The notes: generated from the letters alone by a model not told the origin. 64,000 nt of DNA from an uncultured delta proteobacterium (GCA_963808235.1 CAWEEQ010000004.1:1024001-1088000), one strand, 5' to 3'. Numbered from the stretch's first letter, positions 18,093 to 28,197 are shown. Program-made: numbers and translations.

Positions 18093-19076
18093 GTGGAGTC
18101 CAACGTTTCGAGTGTCGCATCCGGCGCGACTGTGAAAGTGAAATCCACGCCGTGCGTGCTGTTCGCGTATCATGAGATGGGTTACGCGTGCATGGAGGCG
18201 CTGATAAAAATGGGTGCGCCGATTGCGGCGCTGGTGACGCATCGGGACGACCCGCACGAGGAAATCTGGTGGCGATCGTGCGCGCAGCTGGCCGCGCGTC
18301 ACGGTATACCGGTGCATACTCCGGATAGCGCTGATGCGGAGTTGGCGGCGATCGTCGGCGCGGCAAAGCCCGCCATAATGTATTCCATGTCATACCGGCA
18401 CCTGATTCCCGAGAGCGTGCTCGGATTGGCGCGGCTCGGCGCTTTCAACCTGCATCCGTCGATCCTGCCGGCATATCGCGGCCGCGCCCCGGTTAACTGG
18501 ATGCTGGTCAATGGGGAACACGAAGCAGGGGTCACGTTGCATCGGATGGTCGCGCGCGCCGACGCGGGAGACATTGTGGGCCAGCGCGCGGTTGCGATCG
18601 ACGACCGCGACAACGCGCTCACGCTCTATCGCAAGCTGGTGCCGCTGGGCGTCGAGCTGATAACTGAAATGCATCCGCGAATCGTCGCCGGCAATGCACC
18701 GCGGCGAAAGATGGATATCGCGAAGGGAAGTTACTTCGGGCGCAGGAAGCCGGAGGACGGACGAATCGACTGGCGATGGCCGGCGCGCAGGATATTCAAC
18801 CTGGTGCGAGCGGTCACGCATCCGTATCCGGGCGCGTTCTGTTTCACTGGCGGACGAAAGCTGCTGGTATGGGAAGCGAGCGTCGGCGCGGAAGCAGGGC
18901 ATCGCGGAGCGCCGGGTGAGATAGTTGGAAAAACAGCGGATGGCGCGCTCGAAATTGCCGCGGGAGAGGGCAGCGTGATCGTGAGACGCGCGCAGTTTGA
19001 GAATTGCGTGGAAAGCGATGCGAGCGAAGTACTGGCCGGCGTCTCGCGCGGCGAAGAGACGATACTGTTCGAATAG
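18093..19076 (+). CDS. Formyltransferase (ArnA N-terminal-domain-like)
   Basis: FAYHEMG, FNLHPSILPAYRGRAPVNW, GVTLHRMVARADAGDI, SYFGRRKPEDGRIDW and RAVTHPYPGAF. Confidence 0.88.
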   Translation: MESNVSSVASGATVKVKSTPCVLFAYHEMGYACMEALIKMGAPIAALVTHRDDPHEEIWWRSCAQLAARHGIPVHTPDSADAELAAIVGAAKPAIMYSMSYRHLIPESVLGLARLGAFNLHPSILPAYRGRAPVNWMLVNGEHEAGVTLHRMVARADAGDIVGQRAVAIDDRDNALTLYRKLVPLGVELITEMHPRIVAGNAPRRKMDIAKGSYFGRRKPEDGRIDWRWPARRIFNLVRAVTHPYPGAFCFTGGRKLLVWEASVGAEAGHRGAPGEIVGKTADGALEIAAGEGSVIVRRAQFENCVESDASEVLAGVSRGEETILFE

Positions 19077-19088
19077 TTCGGAGGTCAC

Positions 19089-20055
19089 ATGCGGGTTCTG
19101 ATAACCGGCGGCGCGGGATTTCTCGGGTCGCATCTTTCTGACGCGTTCATCGCGCGCGGCGACGAAGTCTTTGTGCTCGACACCGGCTCGATCGCCAAGG
19201 TGCGGCATCTGCTGAACAACCCGCTCTTCCACTACGTGCATGACTCGGTGTTCAACGTCGAGCTGATCGACAGTCTCGTGTCGAAGGTCGATCTCATCTA
19301 CCATCTCGCGGCCGTCGTGGGGGTGGAGCACTACGTCGCCGATCCGTACGAGACGCTCAACGTGAACGTGAACGGGACGCAGAACGTTCTGAAGGCGGCC
19401 TATAAGCACAACAAGCGCGTGGTTTTCAGCTCAACGTCGGAGGTATACGGACGCAATCCGAAAGTGCCATGGCGCGAAGACGACGATCGCGTGCTCGGCG
19501 CGACCAGCATCGACCGATGGTGCTACTCGACTTCGAAGGCAGTCGGCGAGCATTTTTGTTTCGCGTATCACAAGCTCGGCCTGCCGGTTACGATCGTGCG
19601 CTACTTCAACGCGTACGGTCCGCGCCTCGACAAGGTTGACGTCGGGCGCCTGTTCACGATCTTCATGGGGCAGTTGCTGCGCGGCGCGGACTTGACCGTG
19701 GTTGGCGACGGCTTGCAGACGCGATGCTTCACCTATGTGACCGACGCGATCGATGCGACCGTGCAGGCGGGAGTGAATCCCAAGGCCGACGGACAAGCGA
19801 TTAACATCGGCGTCGAACGTCGAGACGACAGTGCTCGAATTCGCAAAGCTGATGATCGAACTGTTTGGCCAGACGAAATCGAAGATCAAGTTCGTGACCC
19901 AGGAAGAAGTTTACGGAAACAGTTACGAGGATATCCCACGGCGGGTGCCGGACAATACGAAAATGCGCACGCTGCTCGGAGTCACGCCGAAGGTGAATAT
20001 GCGCGAAGGCGTGAAAATTTCGATGGACTGGTTTCGCAAAGAGATGGCTTCCTAG
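19089..20055 (+). CDS. NAD-dependent epimerase/decarboxylase (ArnA C-terminal-like), with apparent +1 frameshift at ~19816
   Basis: GGAGFLG, FSSTSEVYG and RWCYSTSK. Removing one A at 19816-17 joins ORF 19089 to ORF 19831..20055 (GVDVETTVLEFAK), giving about 321 aa. Confidence 0.85.
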
Positions 20056-20088
20056 GCGCGGCGCATCCGCGCAGTCATCCTGCTTCGC

Positions 20089-21003
20089 GTGGAAGTCGCA
20101 CTAAAAATCAACGTCGATACCCATCAGGGTCTCGAGCATGGAGTGCCACGGCTCGCGGCGATGCTCGAGCGCGAGGCTATCGCCGCGAGTTTCTATATCG
20201 CGATGGGCCCGGACAATTCGGGGCGCGCAATCCTGCGCGTATTTCGAAATCGCGGATTCATCTCAAAAATGTTCCGTACCAAGGCGGCCTCGATGTACGG
20301 GGCGCGCACGATTTTATCGGGAACGATAATGCCGTCGCGGCCGATCGCGCTGTCGTTTCCCGAAATACTTCGACAACTCAGAGGGCGTGGTTTTGAGGTA
20401 GGCGTTCATGGCTATTGCCATGTGCGATGGCAGGATCAGCTGGACAAAATCGGCGACCGCGGGGTTCGCGACGAACTCGAAGATGCGTTCGAGGCGTATC
20501 GCGCAATTTTCGGCGCGGCGTCGAAGAGCTTCGCCGCGCCCGGATGGCGCACCAATGACGCGGCGCTGCTTGCGCTCGATGCGATGGGCCTCGACTATCG
20601 CAGCGATACGCGCGGGCGTTCGCCGTATCGATGCGTGGTCAGCGGCAAAGTGCTCGCAACTCCCGAGATACCGACCACGCTGCCTACTCTCGACGAAGTC
20701 ATGGGCCGTCGCGATTTGTCGGATGCCGCGTCGATCACGAATTTCTATCTCGGGCTGTGCAAGGCCGACGCGCTCAATGTGCATACGATTCACGCCGAGA
20801 CTGAAGGGATGGGGCAGCTGGAGAGTTTCACCGCGTTGGTTCGTGCGCTGAAAGATCGAGGAGCAGAGTTCGTGCAGCTTCGCGAAGTCGCGGCACGGCT
20901 CGATCGCGCGGAACTTCCAGTCTGCGAAGTCGTTCGCTCGACGCTGCCCGGGCGCGCGGGATGGGTCTCGGTGCAGGGACCGGTGCGAACCGGCTCCGAA
21001 TGA
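20089..21003 (+). CDS. arnD: ArnD-like deformylase / polysaccharide deacetylase
   Basis: LKINVDT..G...GVPRL, MGPDNSGR, HGYCHVRWQD, AAPGW, PTTLPTLDE and HTIHAETEG. Confidence 0.8.
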   Translation: MEVALKINVDTHQGLEHGVPRLAAMLEREAIAASFYIAMGPDNSGRAILRVFRNRGFISKMFRTKAASMYGARTILSGTIMPSRPIALSFPEILRQLRGRGFEVGVHGYCHVRWQDQLDKIGDRGVRDELEDAFEAYRAIFGAASKSFAAPGWRTNDAALLALDAMGLDYRSDTRGRSPYRCVVSGKVLATPEIPTTLPTLDEVMGRRDLSDAASITNFYLGLCKADALNVHTIHAETEGMGQLESFTALVRALKDRGAEFVQLREVAARLDRAELPVCEVVRSTLPGRAGWVSVQGPVRTGSE

Positions 21004-21064
21004 CGAATCGCCGGTGGTGTGTTATATCCCGAGGACGCAAATCTAATCGCAGGGAGAACTTGCA

Positions 21065-22255
21065 ATGCCCGCGCAAAGTCATTTTGCAGAGAGTCCGCGC
21101 GAAGTGGGTCTCGACCCGGATAAAGTGGAGGCGCTGTTCAAGCGAGCCGAGCGCGAAGTCAACGAAGGATTGCTGCCGTCGACGCAGATCGCGATTGCGC
21201 GCAACGGAAAGATCGGCGCGATGCGCACCGTCGGACATGCCCGTCAGGGTGGACAGGACAAGCCCGCCACCAACGAGACGCTCTACACGATTTTTTCCTG
21301 CACCAAGGCGATCATGTCGGCGGCATCGTGGATCCTGATGGGCGAAGGCAAACTGAATCCGAGCGAGCGGGTGGCGGAGATCGTCCCGGAGTTCGGCACC
21401 AACGGCAAGGAGAAAATCACGGTCGAGCAGGTACTGCTCCACGTTTCGGGATTTCCCAACGCGCCATATCCGCAGGACGAGTGGCCCGATAAGCGCAAGC
21501 GCCTGGAGCGGTTTGCGAAATGGCGGCTCGAATGGCCCGTCGGCAGCAAGTTTGAATATCATCCGACCTCGGGCTTCTGGGTAATCGCGGAAATAATTGA
21601 GCGCCGCACCGGCAAGGACTTTCGGGAATTTGTATACGAGCGAATTTCGACCCCGCTCGGATTGCCGGAGCTTCGCGTCGGCCTGCCGCGCGAATTTCAT
21701 GCTCGGATCGCGGAACTGTGTCACGTCAGCGAACCGCTGACCGACGAAGAGCGCAAGAAATTCGGGTTGCCGGCGATGCCTGAAACGGAAGTTACCGAAG
21801 AAGCGATCATGGGCTTCAACCGGCCGCAGGTCAGGGAATCGGGAGTGCCGGGCGGCGGCGGAATCATGACCGCCGGAGATCTCGCGCTGTTCTATCAGGG
21901 ACTTCTGCACAATCGCGGCACCAACGGCGCGCCAATCGTCAAGCCGGAGGCGCTCAAGGAAGGGCTGCGCGTGCGCTCGGGCGATTACAAGGATCCGATT
22001 TTCGGCGTCAAAGTTAATCGAGCGCTTGGTGTGGTCGTGGCGGGCGGCGATGGGCTAGCGAACTACCGCGGCTTCGGCAAGACGAACACCGCGCTCGCAT
22101 TCGGACACGGCGGCGCGGGCGGACAGATCGGATGGGCGGATCCGGGCACAGGAATTTCTATCGGATATTGCACCAATGGATTCGATCGCAACGACATGAG
22201 ACAGGGCCGTCGAGGAGTGGCGTTGTCGAGCCTCGCCGCGGTGTGCGCAGGGTAG
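21065..22255 (+). CDS. Serine hydrolase (beta-lactamase class C/esterase family)
   Basis: FSCTK (SxxK), LLHVSG, EYHP and FGHGGAGG...WADP. Confidence 0.9.
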   Translation: MPAQSHFAESPREVGLDPDKVEALFKRAEREVNEGLLPSTQIAIARNGKIGAMRTVGHARQGGQDKPATNETLYTIFSCTKAIMSAASWILMGEGKLNPSERVAEIVPEFGTNGKEKITVEQVLLHVSGFPNAPYPQDEWPDKRKRLERFAKWRLEWPVGSKFEYHPTSGFWVIAEIIERRTGKDFREFVYERISTPLGLPELRVGLPREFHARIAELCHVSEPLTDEERKKFGLPAMPETEVTEEAIMGFNRPQVRESGVPGGGGIMTAGDLALFYQGLLHNRGTNGAPIVKPEALKEGLRVRSGDYKDPIFGVKVNRALGVVVAGGDGLANYRGFGKTNTALAFGHGGAGGQIGWADPGTGISIGYCTNGFDRNDMRQGRRGVALSSLAAVCAG

Positions 22256-22301
22256 GGGGCACGAGGATTGGTCATCAGATTGCGTGTGCTAGAGTGAAAT
22301 G

Positions 22302-22517
22302 ATGAAGTTTCTCGTGACCTTGGAACGTGACGAAGACGGCTTTGTCGTCGTGGAATGCCCGGCACTACCGGGATGTCTCTCCCAGGGGCGGACCGAAGCT
22401 GAAGCTCTCGCGAATATCCGCGAGGCGATAGAAGCGAGCTTGGAAACCCGGCGAGAGTACGGAATCTCGACGCAAGTCGAGGTTGCCGAGGTCGAAATCA
22501 AAACTTCGCCGGATTAA
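22302..22517 (+). CDS. hicB: HicB-family antitoxin
   Basis: EDGFVVVECPALPGCLSQGRTEAEALANIREAI. Confidence 0.9.
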   Translation: MKFLVTLERDEDGFVVVECPALPGCLSQGRTEAEALANIREAIEASLETRREYGISTQVEVAEVEIKTSPD

Positions 22518-22523
22518 TTTGCG

Positions 22524-22751
22524 ATGGCCACACTGCCGGTCTGCTCGGGTGCCGACGCAATCCGGGTTTTTGAATGCGCAGGCTGGTCACAAGCGTCGCA
22601 GAAAGGCAGCCATACGACGCTGGTAAAATCGGGGGCAGTGGTCGTCCTCACAGTCCCAGTACATAAAGAGCTTGGCCGTGGCCTTCTTCGCAGCTTGATT
22701 CGAAAAGCGGGAATGACGGTCGAGGAATTCGTCGATTTGCTCAACCGCTAG
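22524..22751 (+). CDS. hicA: HicA-family toxin
   Basis: GW....QKGSH, VPVHKEL and GLLRSLIRKAG. Confidence 0.9.
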   Translation: MATLPVCSGADAIRVFECAGWSQASQKGSHTTLVKSGAVVVLTVPVHKELGRGLLRSLIRKAGMTVEEFVDLLNR

Positions 22752-22758
22752 CGGCGAC

Positions 22759-24054
22759 TCAGTCGGCGAAGGGGTTTTGTACGACGATGGTGGCCTCGCG
22801 TTCCTTGCCGACGCCGATCATCGCGATCGGCACGCCGGCGAGCTCGCCGATTCGATCGACATAGCGGCGCACGCTCGACGGTAACTGTTCCAGCGTGCGC
22901 GCATCCGCCGGGCTCTCGCTCCATCCCGGCATCTCCTCGAAAATCGGCTTCGCGTTGATGAGCATCCGCTGCGACGGCGGCATATCGTCGTAGCGTTTTC
23001 CCTTTACGGTGTAACCGACGCAAATTTTGACCGGGTCGATTCCGGTCAGCACGTCGAGCTTGGTCAGCGCCAGCGCCCACATCCCGTTGACGCGAGCCGC
23101 GTAGCGCGCGAGCACTGCGTCGAACCATCCGATACGCCGCGGTCGCCCGGTCGCGCTGCCGAACTCGTTGCCCTCTTCGCGCAGAGAGTCCGCAAGGTAG
23201 CCGGTGAACTCGCTCGGAAACGGTCCCGCGCCGACCCGCGTCGTGTAGCCCTTGCTGATTCCTAGTACGGCGTCGAGGCTGTCCGGCCCAACTCCGGTGC
23301 CGCTAAACACGTTGCTGGCAACGCAGTTTGACGAAGTCACATACGGATAGGTGCCGTGATCGATATCGAGCATCGTGCCGTGCGCGCCTTCGAAAAGAAC
23401 GCGCTGGCCGGATTTGATCGCCGCGCTGACGAGCGCGCCGGTGTCGCACAGATAAGGAAGCAGGCGGCGGCGCGCTTTCTTCATGGCCGCGATCGTCTCG
23501 TCCGCTTTGATCGGTTTCTGTTTCAGTATCACCTTCAGATAGAGATTTTTTTCGGTGATGTTGCGGCGTAGCTTTTCGGTGAAGAATTTGAAATCGAGCA
23601 GGTCCTCGAATCTGAGCCCGACTCTCGACATCTTGTCTTCGTATGCCGGGCCGATTCCAAATCCCGTGGTTCCAATCGCGCGTTTCCCCAGCCGCGCCTC
23701 GCGCGCACGATCGATCGCAAGATGATACGGCATCACCAGGTGCGCGTCGTAACTGATTTTAAAAAGATCATCGTCAGCGAGATGGCCGCCGAGCTTAAGA
23801 TCGGAGATTTCCGCCAACAGCGCCAGCGGATTGACGACCAACCCGTTCCCGATCACGCAAACCTTGCCGGGATGGAGCGCGCCGGCCGGGACCAGCCGCA
23901 GGACGAATTTTTTTCCGCCGACGACCAGCGTGTGCGCCGCGTTGTTTCCACCCTGGAATCGCACGACGACATCGGCGTCGGCGGCGAGCATGTCGACGAT
24001 TTTGCCCTTACCCTCATCTCCCCACTGCGTGCCGACCACCGCAACTGTCTTCAT
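22759..24054 (-). CDS. purA: Adenylosuccinate synthetase
   Basis: GTQWGDEGKGK, IGTTGFGIGPAY, DHGTYPYVTSS and TGRPRRIGWFD. Confidence 0.98.
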   Translation of the reverse strand: MKTVAVVGTQWGDEGKGKIVDMLAADADVVVRFQGGNNAAHTLVVGGKKFVLRLVPAGALHPGKVCVIGNGLVVNPLALLAEISDLKLGGHLADDDLFKISYDAHLVMPYHLAIDRAREARLGKRAIGTTGFGIGPAYEDKMSRVGLRFEDLLDFKFFTEKLRRNITEKNLYLKVILKQKPIKADETIAAMKKARRRLLPYLCDTGALVSAAIKSGQRVLFEGAHGTMLDIDHGTYPYVTSSNCVASNVFSGTGVGPDSLDAVLGISKGYTTRVGAGPFPSEFTGYLADSLREEGNEFGSATGRPRRIGWFDAVLARYAARVNGMWALALTKLDVLTGIDPVKICVGYTVKGKRYDDMPPSQRMLINAKPIFEEMPGWSESPADARTLEQLPSSVRRYVDRIGELAGVPIAMIGVGKEREATIVVQNPFAD

Positions 24055-24157
24055 TTCTCTCCCCTCGGCGTGCGTCGAGTTTTCCGCACGCAACTCTCCG
24101 CACGCATTCGTGCGCGCACTCCGACCCAAGCGCCGGTGCGCGAGTATCAGTCTGAAT

Positions 24158-25753
24158 TCAGAGCTTCAGTAGTGATGCCGCCGTAATTGCCGGCAGAGTT
24201 TTCAGTTTGTCGAGTACCGCATTCGGCACAGGCTCATCGACTTCGAAAATGCTGAGCGCGGTTCCGCCCACCCGATCGCGGCCAAGTTCCAGGCCGCCAA
24301 TATTTATTCCCGCCTGCCCGAGCATCGAGCCGACCGCGCCGACCACTCCGGGCACGTCGCGATTATGCAGCATCAGGAAGTAGCCGTCGGGCACCGCCTC
24401 GACGTGGTATCCGTCGATCCGAGTCAACCGCAACGCGCGATTTCCCAACACGGCGCCGGCCACTTCATGCTCTCCCGCTCCGGTGCGGACGGTGAGGGTG
24501 AGGGTATTTACATAGTCAGTGACTTCGCGGGAGCGTTTTTCGGTGATGCTGATTCCACGTTCGCGGGCGATGAACGGCGCGTTGACGTAATTCAGATCCT
24601 CATCGAGGAAGCCGCTCATCAGGCCCTTCAAGACGGCCGCAGTGATTGCGTCGGGTTTCAGATTGGCCGCCTCGCCGCCGAATGCCAGCGTCAGTTCCTT
24701 CGGTGGATCTGTTATCAACTGCGCTGCGAGGCGCCCCAACTTCTCGCCGAGAGTAAGATGCGGTCCCAGGACCTCGAGCTCCTTGGTCGACAAGGCAGGA
24801 ATGTTTACCGCCTGTCGAATGGTGCCATCGATCAGGAACTCGGCTACTTGATGCGCGATGTCGACCGAGACCTGGACCTGCGCTTCGTCGGTAGCAGCGC
24901 CGAGATGAGGCGTCGCGATCACGCTTTCGAACTTGAGCAGCGGATGGTCGGCGGGCGGTGGCTCCTGGACGAAGACATCGAGCGCGGCGCCGGCGACCTT
25001 TCCCGACTTGAGCGCGTCGGCGAGCGCATTCTCATCGACGATTCCGCCGCGTGCGCAGTTGATGATGCGCACGCCCTTCTTCATCTTCGCGAATGCGGCG
25101 GCGCCAACCAGCCCGCGCGTATCGTCAGTGAGCGGAGTGTGAACGGTAATGAAGTCGGCGCGGGCGAAGAGCTGATCGAGGCTCACCAGCTCGACGCCGA
25201 CGCGTCCGGCGGCCTCCGCGGTGAGAATCGGATCGTATCCAATAACTTTCATCTTCAGGCCGAGCGCGCGGTCGGCGACGATCCGCCCGATGTTGCCCAA
25301 GCCGACGACGCCGAGGGTTTTGTTGCAAATTTCGGCGCCGGTGAATTTTGTTCGATCCCACTTGCCCGCGCGCAACGCCGCGTTGGCAGCGGGAATATGC
25401 CGCGCCATCGCCATCATCATTGTAATTGCGTGCTCGGCGGTGGTGACGCTGTTGCCGGTCGGGCTGTTCATCACGACGATTCCGCGCCGTGTGGCCGCTT
25501 CGATATCGACGTTGTCCACGCCGACGCCTGCGCGTCCGATCACCTTCAGCGCGGTTGCGGCATCGATCACCTCGCGCGTGACTTTGGTGCCGCTGCGGAT
25601 GAGCAGCGCGTCGTAGGGCGCGATTATTTGCGCCAGCTCTTCGGGCTTGAGCCCGGTCTTGACGTCGAACTTGAGCTGCGGAAAGCGCTTCAGGACTTCG
25701 ATACCCTGGGGCGCAAGCGAGTCGCTTAGTAGAACGCGGAAGGTTTCCGCCAT
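24158..25753 (-). CDS. serA: D-3-phosphoglycerate dehydrogenase (long form with ACT domain)
   Basis: IGRAGVGVDNVD, GLGNIG, INCARGG, TPHLGAAT and NRDVPGVVG. Confidence 0.96.
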   Translation of the reverse strand: MAETFRVLLSDSLAPQGIEVLKRFPQLKFDVKTGLKPEELAQIIAPYDALLIRSGTKVTREVIDAATALKVIGRAGVGVDNVDIEAATRRGIVVMNSPTGNSVTTAEHAITMMMAMARHIPAANAALRAGKWDRTKFTGAEICNKTLGVVGLGNIGRIVADRALGLKMKVIGYDPILTAEAAGRVGVELVSLDQLFARADFITVHTPLTDDTRGLVGAAAFAKMKKGVRIINCARGGIVDENALADALKSGKVAGAALDVFVQEPPPADHPLLKFESVIATPHLGAATDEAQVQVSVDIAHQVAEFLIDGTIRQAVNIPALSTKELEVLGPHLTLGEKLGRLAAQLITDPPKELTLAFGGEAANLKPDAITAAVLKGLMSGFLDEDLNYVNAPFIARERGISITEKRSREVTDYVNTLTLTVRTGAGEHEVAGAVLGNRALRLTRIDGYHVEAVPDGYFLMLHNRDVPGVVGAVGSMLGQAGINIGGLELGRDRVGGTALSIFEVDEPVPNAVLDKLKTLPAITAASLLKL

Positions 25754-25760
25754 GTTGATT

Positions 25761-26903
25761 TCAAACGCTCCGCGCAAGCCGTTTCTGAACGGCGGCGACG
25801 CCGGCGCCAAGCTCGAACTTCGCGCCGATCTTTTGTAGGCCCATCTCGAGTGCGCCGACCGCAATCAGCGTATCGAACGGGCTCAGATAGCCCATGTGCC
25901 CGATGCGCACCAGTTTTCCCTTCATCTGATCCTGGCCGCCCTGCACCGAGACGCCCAAACTATCGCGCAGGTACTTTACCAGTTTGCCGCCATCGAGACC
26001 CTCGGGCACCAAAATTCCGGTGACGCCAGGCGCGGGATTGTCCGGCGACAGCAGCTTCAATCCGAGCGCGAGCGCGGCCTCGCGAGTCGCCTCCGCCATC
26101 GTGGCGTGCCGCGCGTAGACATTCGGCAAAGTCTCGGCATGGATCATTTCGAGCGACTTGTTAAGACCGAAGATCAGCGACACCGCCGCCGTCCATGCGG
26201 TCGTATGTTCATCGCGCTGCGCCTTCAGCTCTTTCAAAAGATCGAAATAGAATCGCGGCGTCTTGCTGGTTTTAGCAGCCTCTAGAGCGCGTGCGGAAAG
26301 CGCGACCATGCCGAGTCCGGGCGGCAGCATGAGTGCTTTCTGACTGCCCGTCACGAACGCGTCGACGCCCCATTCGTCCATCTTCTGCTCGAACACGCCG
26401 ACCGAAGTGATCCCGTCGACGATCAGCATCGCGCCCCGCCTGCGCGTGACCTCGCCGATCGATGCGATCGGATGTATCGCGCAGGTGGAAGTCTCGCTGG
26501 CCTGTACGAGCACTGCGCGTGAATCAGGATAGGCCTTCAGCGCATCGTCGATTTGCTCGGGACGCACCGCACGGCCCCATTCGACTCGCACCTCGTGACC
26601 CGCGATGCCGAACGCCGCGAGCAGCTTGCCCCATCGCTCGCCGAATTTGCCGCCATTGACGAAAATCGCATGCTCACCCGGCTGCAACAGATTGATCACC
26701 GCGGCTTCCATCGCGCCTGTGCCGGTGGACGAAAGCAGGATCACCTCGCTGGCAGTGCCGTAGAGCGGCTTCATCCGTTCGCGAGCTGAATCGAGCGCCG
26801 CGCTGAACTCCGGCGTTCGATGATGAATGATCGGCCGCGCCATCTCGAGTAATACTTCGGGAGGTACCGGCGCTGGACCGGGTGTGAACAAATATTTTTT
26901 CAT
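25761..26903 (-). CDS. Class V aminotransferase (serine-pyruvate/phosphoserine aminotransferase-like)
   Basis: LFTPGP, HHRTPEF, TGTGAME, ETST, GSQKALMLPPG and RIGHMG; upstream of serA. Confidence 0.9.
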   Translation of the reverse strand: MKKYLFTPGPAPVPPEVLLEMARPIIHHRTPEFSAALDSARERMKPLYGTASEVILLSSTGTGAMEAAVINLLQPGEHAIFVNGGKFGERWGKLLAAFGIAGHEVRVEWGRAVRPEQIDDALKAYPDSRAVLVQASETSTCAIHPIASIGEVTRRRGAMLIVDGITSVGVFEQKMDEWGVDAFVTGSQKALMLPPGLGMVALSARALEAAKTSKTPRFYFDLLKELKAQRDEHTTAWTAAVSLIFGLNKSLEMIHAETLPNVYARHATMAEATREAALALGLKLLSPDNPAPGVTGILVPEGLDGGKLVKYLRDSLGVSVQGGQDQMKGKLVRIGHMGYLSPFDTLIAVGALEMGLQKIGAKFELGAGVAAVQKRLARSV

Positions 26904-26960
26904 TTGCGGCACTTGCGATGTTCCGAGCGACGTTGGAGTTTCGGCAGGACAGCCCAAGAG

Positions 26961-27078
26961 CCAGCCAAAAAAAAGGCTGGTGCCCGCGGATGCGGATCGC
27001 CAGTCCCCGATTCGTCCCGGATTTTACCGGGCCCCCGTCCTCACCCCTTGGGATAACGGAGCCGATAAGCAGAGTCAA
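26961..27078 (-). promoter_or_regulatory. Putative promoter and structured leader with intrinsic terminator upstream of aminotransferase-serA-purA
   Basis: Minus strand TTGACT-N17-TATCCC (27078-27050), hairpin CCCGG-TAAAAT-CCGGG, then a long imperfect hairpin followed by T8 (26974-26967). Confidence 0.5.
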
Positions 27079-27162
27079 GGTGACAGCCGCGCGGCGCGAA
27101 TTCGGCTCGGCGTTGTAATGACGCGCGGGCAATTGTTAAAGGTGATCCCGTGATCAACCCCA

Positions 27163-28197
27163 ATGCCGATTGAGTGCGAAATCCGCGACGGTTCCCTGGT
27201 CTGGATCAAGAGCCCGATCAGCGGGGTGATTTCTTACGTCGTCGACGTGCGCGGCAAGAGCTTCGCGTTCACACTCGGCGGTCGCGAGAGTGCCGACTCG
27301 GACGCTCCTCGCCTCGATCCCGAGTCGATTCGGCTCGCGACTTCGACCTGTCCTTTCTGTCCGGGCAACGAAGAGCTGGCGACACGAGAGCTCTTTCGAC
27401 TCACTACTCACGATGTTCCGGAATGGACCGGCAGGAAGAATTCCGATGACGCGCCGTGGGTGGTGCGCGTCTTCAACAACCTGTTCCCGCGTATCCCTGC
27501 CGAGCTGACCGGCAATCGCAACGAGTCGTATATTGTCATCGAGGATCCGCGCCACTTCGTTGAGGCGCCGCGCTCGCACAGTGATCTGATCTTCACCGGC
27601 GCGCTAGGCGAGGGCCATTTCTTTCACCTGATGCAGGCCGACGCGCGCGTGATGGGGCTCGCACTGGAGAATCCCGACGTGTGCTCGGTCGTGATTCGCA
27701 AGAACCAGGGGCGCGAGTCGGGCGCCTCGCAGCCGCATCTGCATCAGCAGATCATTGGCTCGCCGGAACCGTTCCCGGCGATCCTGGCGGAGTCGCGAGC
27801 TGAGCGTGAGAATCCGCATCTATGGCACGAGATTGTTTCGCTGATGGATCGCCTCGGGCTGGTGATCGATCGCGACGACGCGGTAGTCAGCTACGCCAGT
27901 CCGTTCGGTGGATTCCCGCGCAGCTACGACGTGGTGATGCCTGAATATCGGGGACTGCTGTCGGAGTTGACGGCCATCCAGATGCGCGAGTTTGCAAACG
28001 CGCTCTACCGCATCCTCACCGTCCTCGGGCCATTGCCGCTCGACTATGAAGTCCATCAGGGCGAAGGACTCCCGCTGCACGCGCACATCAATGCGCGGCT
28101 CTATCCTTACTCGAACGTGGCCGGAACTTTGAATCTGCCGAGCACGCTGCTGCAAAGTGCCGCCGCGATCCGCAACGCGATGCGCCGGCATTCGTAA
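27163..28197 (+). CDS. GalT/HIT-superfamily nucleotidyltransferase-like protein
   Basis: CPFCPGNE, VRVFNNLFP and GASQPHLHQQI (HxH). Confidence 0.75.
   Translation: MPIECEIRDGSLVWIKSPISGVISYVVDVRGKSFAFTLGGRESADSDAPRLDPESIRLATSTCPFCPGNEELATRELFRLTTHDVPEWTGRKNSDDAPWVVRVFNNLFPRIPAELTGNRNESYIVIEDPRHFVEAPRSHSDLIFTGALGEGHFFHLMQADARVMGLALENPDVCSVVIRKNQGRESGASQPHLHQQIIGSPEPFPAILAESRAERENPHLWHEIVSLMDRLGLVIDRDDAVVSYASPFGGFPRSYDVVMPEYRGLLSELTAIQMREFANALYRILTVLGPLPLDYEVHQGEGLPLHAHINARLYPYSNVAGTLNLPSTLLQSAAAIRNAMRRHS

Noticed and set aside
26975-27010. ZMP/ZTP riboswitch suggested by GACTGGCG and a downstream GGGCA
   Set aside because: The P1/P2 layout and the loop CGCC/CGUC needed for the pseudoknot are missing. 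Kept only as an unclassified leader.
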